A stretch of DNA of 64,000 nt from Squalus acanthias. Its lineage: Eukaryota. The number at the start of each line of letters is the position of its first letter. Within the stretch, counting starts at the first letter, position 1. The notes under the pieces were generated by a model, which saw nothing but the letters and a program-made list of their open reading frames with translations, searched no databases and was not told the DNA's origin. The stretch is from positions 145,144,001 through 145,208,000 of the forward strand of contig CM059431.1 in the NCBI GenBank assembly GCA_030390025.1, written 5' to 3'. The translations under genes and the position numbers were made by a program. Positions 23,855 through 35,900 of this stretch are shown piece by piece.

Positions 23855-23942
23855 TCACAAATTCACATTCAGTCCAGGTCTTGTTCCCTGAAGTGACTTC
23901 AGCTGTTTCTCTCCATTTGAACTGAACTGATTCCCCCTCAGC
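23855..23942 (-). CDS. NLR terminal coding exon 11 (LRGNQFSSNGEKQLKSLQGTRPGLNVNL*)
   Basis: Acceptor ctgtttcag, phase 2, TGA at 23857-23855. Confidence 0.85.
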
Positions 23943-26900
23943 CTGAAACAGATTAAAGATTAAACAGGAATTAAACAGATTGAACATCTGCATAAATAAC
24001 AGGGAGACTGGGGTTAATATTTCACTAATAATTATGAGAAATATTACCTATAAAGTCACTCAATACCATTGATATTTTATTTATTACATTAAACATTAAC
24101 ACAAACACTCACCAGATCAGCTCCAGATTCCTGCAGGTCAGTATGAGGCGGCGGAGAGCGGGGACAGATCGGTCTGTGAAGGAGTTTGATCTCAGGGTCA
24201 GAACCGTCAGTGTCCGGATTGTACTGAGAGCGGAGGCGAGATCCTCGGCACAAGAATCTGTGAGACCGACATCATCCAGCCTGGGGATCAGAAAGAGAGA
24301 AATAACAGGAATTAGAGTAAATCCTCAGTGTTTATTAAGAACACTATTACTGATACTAATAATAATGTACAGTGTATTATAAACACAATCTCACACAGTC
24401 TGGTACTTACCACAGTTTCTGCATTTTACAGTCCGGGTTCGTCATTGCCGCAGACAGTCGTTTCACTCCTGAATCTCCCAGTTTATTATTGCTCAGGTCC
24501 AGATCCGTCAGTAAGCGGTTTCTACTGAGAGCGGAGGCGAGATCCTCGGCACAAGAATCTGTGAGACCGACAGCACCCAGCCTGGGATCAGAGAGAGTAA
24601 TAACAGGAATCAGGGTAAATCCCCTATGTTTATTAATATCACTATTACCGATACTGTTAATAATGTTCAGTGTCAGACATCCAGTTATTATAAACACAAT
24701 CTCACACAGTCTGGTACTTACTGCAGTGTCTGTAATTTACAGTTCGGGTTCCGCAGAGCCGCAGACAGCAGTTTCACTCCTGAATCTCCCAGTTTATTAT
24801 TACTTAGGTTCAGAAACGTCAGTGAGCGGTTTGTACTGAGAGCGGAGGCGAGATACTCGGCACAGGAATCTGAGAGACCGTTATTATATAGCCTGAGGAT
24901 CAAAGAGAGAGAAATAACAGGAATCAGGGTAAATCCCCTATGTTTATTAATAACACTATTACCGATACTGCTAATAATGTTCAGTGTCAGATATCCAGTT
25001 ATTATAAACACAATCTCACACAGTCTGGTACTTACTGCAGTGTCTGTATTTTACAGTCCGGATTCCTCAGAGCCGCAGACAGCAGTTTCACTCCTGAATC
25101 TCCCAGTTTATTATTACTCAGGTTCAGAACCGTCAGTGACCTGTTTGTACTGAGAGTGGAGGCGAGATCCTCGGCACAAGAATCTGTGAGACCGACATCA
25201 CACAGCCTGTGGATCAGAAAGAGAAATAAGAGGATTCAGGGTAAATACCCAGTGTTTATTAATAACACTGTTACTGATACTGTTAATAATGTTCAGTGTC
25301 AGACATCCAGTTGTAATAACCACAATCTCACACAGTCTGGTACTTACTCCAGTTTCTGTATTTTACACTCCGTCTTCCTCAGAGCCGCAGACAGTAGTTT
25401 CACTCCTGAATCTCCCAGTTCATTGCCGCTCAGTCTAAACACAAACACAGAGAGAGAAACAAACTATATCAAACAGCGGATCTGGTATATTTTTCTCTCT
25501 CGGATATTACAACAATCACTGAAAGTACTTCAGGACATTAATAACCCGTTTCCCCCCGCGATTTCAGGAATGTCGTCAGGAGGATTAGGCTGCAGTGGCG
25601 CAATCCTTTCAATGATCTCAGTAGATCACGAAACGTTACTGCAAAGCCACACTCAGACTCATCCTGCTGTGCCACTCATCACATCCCCAATACTCTGCCT
25701 TCCCTACCCTACTCCTGCACATTGTTACTCGCACCAACATACCTTGCACCTCCACCCATTCCTCTCTATCAATATTATCACTTCGCCATCTCACTAGCCA
25801 CCGCTTACACTCACCCTCATCCTAGTCCAATCATAACAACTAACAACACACAAGGGTAGGCAAATGTGTGTTTTAGTCAATGTTCATCTGAAGTTTCTGT
25901 TAATGTGGTGTCAAACAATGAAATCTTTATTTTCAACACGTTGTATTCTTGGACATATTTGTGTGTCCCTTTGGATGTGCGGTTTAAACTGAGTGCCGCG
26001 AGTTGGGTGATTCAGGGAGTCTTAACTGTTTGCTAAAATCAAACATTTGTTTGTTTCACATTTACGGTTACTGTTTACTATTTAAAATGTAAAGTTACCA
26101 GCTTTAAGCAGGGTTATAAAGGGATATACAAGGCCTACAATTCAGAGCAGCTGAAGGCAGTTAATTAGGGAAACTAGATTAAACTGGTTCTCCTGTCACT
26201 AACACAGCAAGCTCCTTTGTTTCAGTGCCTATAAAAACAGGCTTTGCAGTGCGATTTTGCACGAAGTGCGGTTTAAACAGAGTGCTGCGAGCGGGGTGAG
26301 TCAGGGAGTTAGGCGAGGAGTGAAAGGAGGAGCTCCCTTGCCTCGCCTTTGCTTTTCCTAACTTTTCACCCTGTAGAAATTGGTTCTTACTTCACACCAA
26401 GGAAGGAGTCTGAGAGCAGGAGCAGTGAAACAACAACTGCAAAACCGCTAACGTGACGTCACAACCAGTGAAGGAGCTGATTGGTAAGTAGGACCTGTTG
26501 AGTATTTCTACAGTCCAGTCGTTAAAGTAAAAGTAAGTTCTCTAGTTTTGAGTAAGTGCTGTTTAAAGGGTCGCAATGTCCCTAGTGTATTTAATATTCT
26601 TTAATTTAAAGGAAGTAAAGGGAGTAAATTATGGGTAGGTCAAGACAGGGCAGCTCGGCAGCGTGGAGTGCTTCTCCTGTGCTATGTGGGAAGTCAGGGA
26701 CACTTTCGGTGCCCAGGACAAACCCATGTGCAGGAAGTGTCTCCAGCTGCAGCTACTCGAAATCCGCGTTTCGCAGCTGGAGCTGCGGCTAGAGTCACTG
26801 TGGAGCATTAGGGAAACTGAGATCTTCGTGGATAGCATGTTTAACGAGGTGGTCACACCGCAGATAAAGACTGCAAAGGCAGCCAGGAAATGGGTGACCG

Positions 26901-29900
26901 CCAGACAGAGTAAAAGAACTAGGAAGGTAGTGCAGGTGTCCCCTGGGTCCAACTTCATCTCTGACAGATTTTCTGTTCTGGATACTGCTGTGGAAGATGG
27001 TTTCTCAGGTGAATGAAGCAAGAGCCAAGTCGCTGGCACTCCTCATGGCTCAGCTGCACAGCAGGGGAGGAAAAGAGTGGGAGAGCAATAGTGATAGGGG
27101 ATTCTATCATAAGGGGAACAGATAGAAGTTTAAGTGGCCGCAGACGTGACTCCAGGATGTTATGTTGCCTCCCTGATGCCAACATCAAGGATGTCACTGA
27201 ACGGCTGCAGGACATTCTGAAAGGGGAGGGCGAACAGTCAGAAGTCGTAGTTCACATTGGTACAACATTATGGGTAGAAAGAGCGATTAGGTCCTGCAAC
27301 AAGAATTTAGTGAGCTAGGTAGCAGATTAAAAAGCAGGACCTAAAAGGTTGAAATCTCTGGATTACTACTGGTGTCACGTGCTAGTGAGTATAGGAATAG
27401 GAGGATAGAGCAGATGAATGCGTGGGTAAAGTGTTGTTGCAGGAGGGAGGGCTTAAGTTTCCTGGATCACTGGGTCTGCTTCTGGGGAACGTGAGACAGG
27501 TACTACACGTCGGACTGATTGCATCTCAACCGGAACGGGACCAACATCCTTGCGGGGAGGTTTGCTAGTACTGTTGCGGGTGGGGGGGGGGGGGCGGAGG
27601 GGGGAGTTTAAATTAACTTGGCAGGGGGATGGGATACGGAGTGGAGCTATAGTAGGGGGGGGGGGGGTGTTGCACAGCCAAATATAGAGGAAATAACAAG
27701 TCAGCCTGGAAGGCAGAGCAAATATGTAACGGCACAAGGGAGTACGGCAAGGCTGGATGGTATTTTTTTTAATGCAAAGAGTCTTGCGAGTAAGGCAGAT
27801 GAATTGAAGTTGTTGATGAACACTTGGGAGTATGATATTGTTGCTATCACAGAGACATGGCTGAGGGAGGGGCAGGACTGGCAGCTCAATATTCCGGGGT
27901 ATAGAATCTTCAGGCGAGACCGAGGGGGGTGTAAAATAGAAGGGGCTGACGCAATATTAATCAAAGAGTCAATTACTGCTGTGAGGAGGGATGATATCTT
28001 CGCAGGTTCCTCTAATTAGGCCATATGGGTAGAACTTAAAAACAAAAAGGGGGCAAGCATTTTGCTGTGAGTATACTATAGGCCCCCAAACAGTCAGGGG
28101 GAGATAGTGGAACAGATATGTAGGCAAATCTCAGAGAAGTGTAGAAATAATATTGTAATAAGAGTAGGGGATTTCAACTTCCCCAATAATAACTGGGATA
28201 GTCAGAGAGTGAAAGGCTTAGAGGGTGTAGAATTCTTGAAGTGCATCCAGGAGAGCTTTTTGAGCCAGCATGTAGTAAGTCCTACAAGAGAGGCGGGGGT
28301 ATTTGACCTAATTCTCGCGAATGTAGCCGGGCAAGTGGTAGAAGTGTCAGTAGGAGAGCATTTTGGTGACAGTGAACATAATTCGGTTTGATTTAAGGTA
28401 GTAATGGAAAAGGACAAAGATGGACCGGAAATAAAGTTTCTAAATTGGGAGAAGGCCGATTTTAATATGATAAGGCAGGATCTGGCTAAAGTGGACTGGG
28501 ATCAGCTACTTGAAGGAAAATTCACATTAGGGCAGTGGGAGTCTTTCAGAAAGGAATTATAGACGGTACAACGCCAATATTTCCCGTAAAGGCCAGGGAA
28601 CCGTGTATGTCAAGGGATATACAAGAATGGATTCGGAAAAAGGGAGGCTTTTGGCAGATACAAAGTACTAAAAAAAGTGGAAGCCCTAGAGGAGTATAGA
28701 AAGTGCAGGGCGGTACTTAAACAATGAATTAGGAGAGCGATGAGGAGGTCTGAAAAAACACTGGTGGACAAAAGAAAGGAAAATCCCAAGGTGTTTTATA
28801 AGTATATTAAGGGCAAGAGCATAACCAGGGAAAGAATAGGGCCTATTAGGGACCAAAGTGGCAAGTTGTGTGTAGAGCCGGAAGATATAGGTGAGGTTTT
28901 AAATGAATATTTTGCATCTGTGTTCACTATGGAGAAGGACGATGTAGGCATAGAAATCAGGCAGGGGATTGAGATATACCTGAACAAATTAGTATTGAGA
29001 GGGAGGAGGTACGAGCGGTTTTAGCAGTCTTAAAAGTGTATAAATCTCCAGGCCCAGATGAGATGTATCCCAGCCTGCTGTATGAGGCAAGGGAGGAGAT
29101 TGCAGGGGCTTTGACACAAATTTTCAGAACCTCTCTGGCCACAGGGGAGGTTCCAGAGGACTGGAGAACAGCTAACACAGTACTATTATTCTTGAAGGGT
29201 AGTAGGGATAAACTAGGGTATTACAGGCCAGTGAGCCTAACATCAGTGGTAGGGAAACTATTGGATAAACTTCTGAGGGACAGAATTAGTCTCCATTTGG
29301 AGAGAACATAAGAACAGAAGAAATAGGAGCAGAAATAGGCGATTCGGCACTTCGAGCCTGCTCCGTCATATAATGAGATCATGGCTGATCTTCTACCTCA
29401 ATTCCATTCACAGGCCTAATCGTCATATCCCTTGATGCCCTTACTAGTCAGAAATCTATCGACTTCTGTTTTGAATATACACAATGACCGAGCCTCCACA
29501 GCCCTCTGGGGTAGAGAATTCCAAAGATTCAACACACTCTGTGTGAAGAAATTTACGAACATACGAATTAGGAGCAGGAGTAGGCCACTCGGCCCTTCGA
29601 GCCTGCTCCGCCACTCAATAAGATCATGGCTGATCCGATTACTCCACATTCACTCCTACCCCCGGTAACTTTTCATTCCCTTGCTTACCAAGAACCTATC
29701 TACCTCTGCCTTAAAAAATATTCAAAGACTCTGCTTCCACCGCCCTCTGAGGAAGAGAGTTCCAAAGACTCAGGACCCTCTGTCAGAAAATATCTCTCCT
29801 CATCTCTGTCTTAAATGGGCGACCCCTTATTTGTATCTAGTTGTAGATTCTCCCACAAGAAGAAACATCCTCTCCACATCCACCCTGTCCAGACCGCTCA

Positions 29901-32900
29901 GGATCTTATATGTTTCAATCAATTAACCTCTTATTCTTCTAAACTCCAGCGGATACAAGCCTAGCCTGTCCAATCTTTCCTCATAAGAAAACCCGTTCAT
30001 TCCGGATATTAGTCGAGTAAACCTTCTCTGAACTGCTTCCAACGCATTTACATCCTTCCTTAAATAACGAGACTGATACTGTACTCAGTATTTCAGATGT
30101 GGACTCACCAATGCCCTTTATAACTGAAGCATAACCTCCCTACTTTTGTATTCAATTCCCCTCGCAATAAACTATAACATTCTATTAGCTGTCCTAATTA
30201 CTTGCTGTACCTGCATAGTAACCGTTTGCGATTCACGCACTAAGACACCCAGATCCCTCTGCATCTCAGAGCTCTGCATTCTCTCACCATTTAGATAAGA
30301 TGCTTCCTTTTTATTCTTCCTGCCAAAATGGACAACGTCACATTTTCACACATTATACTCCATTTGCCAGATCTTTGCCCACTTACTTAACTTATTTATA
30401 TCCCTTTGTAGCCTCCTTATGTCCTCTTCACATTTGACTTTCCTACCATTCTTCGTGTCATCAGCAAATTTAGCAACAATACCTTCGGTTCCTTCATCCA
30501 AGTCATTTATATAAATTGTAAAAAGTTGAGCCCCAGCACTGATCCCTGTGGCACATCCACTCGTTACATATTGCCAATCAGAAAATTACCCATTTATGCC
30601 TACTCTCTGGTTCCTGTTAGCTAGCCAACTTTTATCCCTGCAGGGCAGGGTTTAAAATTGGGGGAGGGGTAATTATGATGCGATTAGGCAAGAATTAGGG
30701 AGTATAAGATGGGAACAGAAACTATCAGGGAAAGGCACAAACGAAAAGTGGAGCTTATTCATGGAGCAATTACTGCGTGTCCTTGATAGGTATGTCCCTG
30801 TCAGGCAGGGAGGAAATGGCCGAGTGAGAGAACCATGGTTCACAAAAGAGGTTGAATGTCTGGTCAAGAGGAAAAAGGAAGCGTATGTAAGGATGAGAAA
30901 ACAAGGTTCAGTTGGGTCGATTGAGGGGTACAAGGTAGCAAGGAATGAGCTAAAAAAAAGCTTAGGAGAGCTAGGAGGGGGCATGAGAAGTCCTTGGCGG
31001 GTCGGATCAAGAAAAACCCCAAGGCCTTTTACTCTTATGTGAGAAATAAAAGAATGACCAGGGTGAGGGTAGGGCCGGTCAAGGACAGTAGTGGGAACTT
31101 CTGCATGGAGTCAGAAGAGATAGGAGAGGTGATGAATGAATACTTTTCGTCAGTGTTCACCGAGGAGAGGGGCCATGTTCTTGAGGATGAGAGTGTGATA
31201 AAGGTGGATAGGCTGGAGGTGGTAGATGTTCTGAGGGAAGATGTTTTAGCAATTTTGAAGAACCTGAGGGTCGATAAGTCCCCTGGGCCAGATGGGATAT
31301 ATCCTAGGATTCTTTGGGAGGCAAGGGAGGAGATTGCAGAGCCTCTGGCTTTGATCTTTGGGTCCTCACTGTCCACGGGAATGGTGCCAGAGGACTGGAG
31401 AGTGGCGAATGTTGTTCCTCTCTTCAAGAAAGGAAATAGGAATGACCCTGGTAATTATAGGCCAGTTAGTCTTACTTCGGTGGTTGGTAAGATAATGGAA
31501 AAGGTCCTGAGGGATAGGATTTATGACCATTTGGAAAGGAGCAACTTAATCAGGGATAGTCAACACGGATTCGTGAAGGATAAGTCTTGCCTAACAAATT
31601 TGATTGAATTCTTTCAGGAGGTAACTAATTGTGTAGATGAAGGTAGAGCAGTTGATGTCGTATACATGGATTTTAGTAAGGCGTTTGATAAGGTTCCCCA
31701 TGGTCGGCTGATGAAGAAAGTAAGGAGTTGTGGGATAGAGGGAAATTTGGCCGATTGGATAAGTAACTGGCTATCTCATAGAAGGCAGAGGGTGGTGGTG
31801 GATGAAGCATTTTCGGACTGGAGACCGGTTACCAGCGGTGTGCCACAGGGGTCGGTGCTGGGTCCTCTGCTGTTTGTAATTTTTATCAATGACTTGGAGG
31901 AGGGGACTGAAGGGTGGATCAGTAAATTTGCTGATGACACCAAGATTGGTGGAGCAGTGGATGAGGTGGAGGGCTGTTATAGGCTGCAAAGAGACATTGA
32001 TAGGATGCAGAGCTGGGCCGAAAAATGGCAGATGGAATTTAACCCTGATAAGTGCGAGGTGATTCATTTTGGTAGGGCAAATTTGAATAAGAATTACAGG
32101 GTCAACGGCAGGGTTCTGAGGAACGTGGAGGAACAGAGGGATCTGGGGGTTCATATCCACAGATCTCTGAAGGTTGCCACTCAAGTGGATAGAGCAGTAA
32201 AGAAGGCCTATGGTGTGTTGGCGTTTATTAACAGAGGGTTTGAGTTTAAGAACCGTGAGGTTATGCTGCAACTGTACAGGACCTTGGTGAGACCACATTT
32301 GGAATATTGTGTGCAGTTCTGGTCCCCTCACTATAGGAAGGACGTGGAAGCATTGGAAAGAGTGCAAAGGAGATTTACCAGGATGCTGCCTGGTTTGGGG
32401 GGGAGGTCTTATGAGGAAAGATTGAGGGAGTTGGGGCTTTTCTCTTTAGAGCGGAGGAGGATGAGAGGCAACTTAATAGAGGTTTATAAGATGATGGGGA
32501 TAGATAGAGTGGATGTTCAGAGACTATTTCCTCGGGTAGAGGCAGCTGTTACAAGGGGGCATAACTATAAGGTGCATGGGGGGAGATATAGAAGGGATGT
32601 CCGAGGTAGATTCTTTACTCAGAGAGTGTTTGGGGTGTGGAATGGACTGCCTGCTGTGATAGTGGAGTCGGACACTTTAGGAACTTTCAAGCGGTTATTG
32701 GATAAGCACATGGAGCACACCAGAGTGATAGGGAGTGTGATAGCTTGATCTTGGTCTCGGACAATGCTCGGCACAACATCGAGGGCCGAAGGGCCTGTAC
32801 TGTGCTGTACTGTTCTATGTTCTATGTTCTATGTTCTAATATGTTACCCCCTACAACATGAGCTTTTATTTTCCGCAATATGCATAGCCTTTAGATATGT

Positions 32901-35900
32901 CCTTTTTATTAATGTTGTAACCTCTATACCCCTATCTGTTGATTTACTTAGATTTCTACTCTCTATCCCTTCCTGTCACGGTCTGTTTATCCTTTCCCAT
33001 GTTAATACCTTTCTCTATTGCCTTGTCTCTCAACTTTGAGTTACTACATCTTCCCAAATTTGATCCCATGGCCCCAATATTTAGTCTAAACCCCTCTCTA
33101 CCGCCCTAGTTATAAGACTCGCCAGAACACTGGTCCCAGCACAGTTCAGGTGAAGACCGTCCGAAAGATAAAGATCCCACTTCCGCCATTATTGTTGCCA
33201 GTGCCACAGCAATTGAAACTTTGAAAAATTGAGAGGCAAGGATTAATCAAGGATAGTCAGCATGGCTTTGTCAGTGGGGCAACATGACGAATCAATTTGA
33301 TTCAATTTTTCGAGGGGGTGTCTCGGTGTGTGGAAGTGGGTAGTGCAGCTGATGTACTCTACATGGACTTCAGTTAGGCTTTTGACAAAGTCCGGCATGG
33401 GAGACTGGTCAAGAAGGTAAGAACCCATGGGATCCAGGGCAATTTGGCACATTGGATCCAAAATTGGCTTAGTGGCAGGAGGCAGAGGGTGATGGTCGAA
33501 GGTTGTTTTTGTGACTGGAAGCCTGTGTCCAGTTGTGTACCGCAGTGATCGATGCTGGGACCTTTGCTGTTTGTAATGTGCATTAATGATTTAGATATGA
33601 ATGTAGGAGGTATGATCAGTATGTTCGCAGATGACACGAAAATTGGTGGAGTAGTAAATAGCGAGGAGGGAAGCCTCAGGCTATAGGACGATATAGACGG
33701 GTTGGTTAGATGGGCAGAACAGAGGCAAAAGGAACTTAGCCCTGAAAAGTGTGAGGTGATGCATTTTGGGAGGACTGAAATTGCAAGGGAATACACAATG
33801 AATGGTAGGACCCAAGATCGGACAGAGGATCAGAGGGACCTTGGTGTGCATGTACATAGATCCCTGAAGGCAGCTGGACAGGTAGATAAGTTGTGTAAAA
33901 GGCATATGGGATACTTGCCTTCATTAGCCGAGGCATAGAATATAAGAGCAGGGAGGTTATGATGGAGCTGTAGAAAACGCTAGTTAGGCCACAGTTGGAA
34001 TAGTGTTTGCAGTTCTGGTCGCCACACTATAGGAGGGATGTGATTGCATTGGAGAGGGTGCAGAGGAGATTCATCAGGATGTTACCTGGGCTGGAGCGCT
34101 TCAGCTATGAAGATAGACTGGACAGGCTGGGTTTGTTTAGCTTGGAGCAGAAAAGGCTGAGCGGGAACCTGATTGAGTTGTACAAAATTATATGGGGCAT
34201 AGATAGGGTAGATAGAAAGGAACTTTTCCCCTTAGTAGAGGGGTCAATACACAGGGGCATAGTTTCAAAGTAAGGGGCTGGAGGATTAGAGGGGATTTGA
34301 CGAAAAACCTTTTCACCTAGAGGGTGGTTGGAATCTGCAACTCACTGCCTGAGAGGATGGTAGAGGTAGGATCCCTCACAACATTCAAAAAGCATTTAGG
34401 TAAGCACTTGAAACGCCATAGCATACAAGGCTCCAGACCAAGTGCTGTAAAATAGGATTAGAATAGACAGGGATTGATGGCCGGCGCGGACACGATGGGC
34501 CGAAGGGCCTCTTTCTGTGCTGTATAACTCTATGACTCTATGATGTGGCTTAGTGAGCTGCAGTGAATGGTGAGACATAATGGTACAACCCGCAATGCTG
34601 ATGAGTTCAAATGGAATGGCTGAGACATTGTATGGATACTTTATGTTGTTTATGTGTGGTGGTGGCAATTTGGCGCATTATGTGGCACCCAGAGCGTGAA
34701 ACGCTATGGTGAGGCCGTCCCTGCCGTCCCGGTCAGCAATGTGGACGGGAGTTGATGCCCTTGTGCTGTGCAGCATCAGAAGTTGCGGTGTTGTTGGTGC
34801 TGCTGGTGTGCCTGGTGCTGCAGGTGTTGGGGCTGATCGTGGTGAGTCTCTGAGGCACAAGGTGAGACAGTACAAACCATAACCATGCTGATGTAATAGA
34901 TGGCAGGTGAACTTGAGATGACAGAAGCAAACTGTTAATGGTGAGAGAGGTTGTTCCATTGAGGGTACAATGGATAGAGAGTTTGCTCCAAACACTTGCA
35001 ACCTGCATGAAGCTCAATTTATCTTCGAAATGCAGGAAGCAACAGCTTCTGCGCTTGGAAAGCGAACAGCTGTGAGATGGGAGCTTTTATAGCACATTTC
35101 CAGCTGTCCAGTAATGAGATGATTCCATGGCCATTCAACTCCCGCCCTGCTTACGTGACGTGATCCCCGAGCAGCGTGGATCACGTGGACGACCTGGGAA
35201 ACTGAGAAGGTGAATAAATAAATTATTGTAATTCCTTTGTTCACAAGATATTAATGACCTGATTTTTCTCCCCCGCCCCGTCATGTCGGGTCTGCTTAGC
35301 GCTGACAGACCTCGGGGTGAGTTATATTGTGAAACGCTAACTGCTGCTGTAAAATCCCTCCCCCAGGATTTTATATAACAAGGAGAGTTTATACTGAAAT
35401 AAAAACAGAAAATGCTGGAAATACCCAGCAGGTCAGGCATCATCCATAGAGAGAGAAACACAGTTAATGTTTCAGGTCGAGTACACTTCTTCAGAACTGG
35501 AAAAAGTTACAGATGTAACAGACTTTTAAGCAAGTGTAGCGGCAGGGAAAGGTGGAGGGGGGGGGGGAGCGGAGGAAAGAACAAAAGGGAAGGTCTGTGA
35601 TAGGGTGGAAGACAGGAGAGATTAAAAGACAAAAGGGATGATGGTGCAAGGCAAAAGGAGATGGTAATGGGACAAGTGAAGAAACTAAAGATGAATCTAG
35701 ATGAAGTGTGAATGGCAGTGGCAGAATCATCAACAGCTGTCATGCGAGAAAAAAAAGAAAAAAGTAAAACCAATAATGAAAAAATAAAATAGGGGCCGAG
35801 TTAATAGTCTGAAACTGTTGAACTCGATGTTGAGTCCAGAAGGATGTAACGTGCCTAATTTAAAGATGAGGTGCTGTTCCTCGATCTTATGTTGTACTTT

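Larger units (their letters stand above)
26266..34545 (+). mobile_element. Near full-length CR1 LINE (5'UTR, ORF1 zinc finger/leucine zipper/SGNH esterase, ORF2 EN+RT), split at 29304/33231 by nested insertions
   Basis: ORF1 CFSC..CRKC..LQLLEIRVSQLELRL, IVIGDSIIRG; EN AITETWL, GDFN, SEHN; RT continues HLER|RQGLIKDSQHGF across the insertion; tail ctctatgactctatg at ~34530-34545. Confidence 0.9.

Noticed and set aside
24143..25797. Plus-strand ORFs of 155-285 aa
   Set aside because: Antisense shadows of the LRR exon/intron array
34545..35320. Possible Harbinger transposase or Myb-like remnant (also 25500-25975)
   Set aside because: Only a vague resemblance; no catalytic motif or termini I can support
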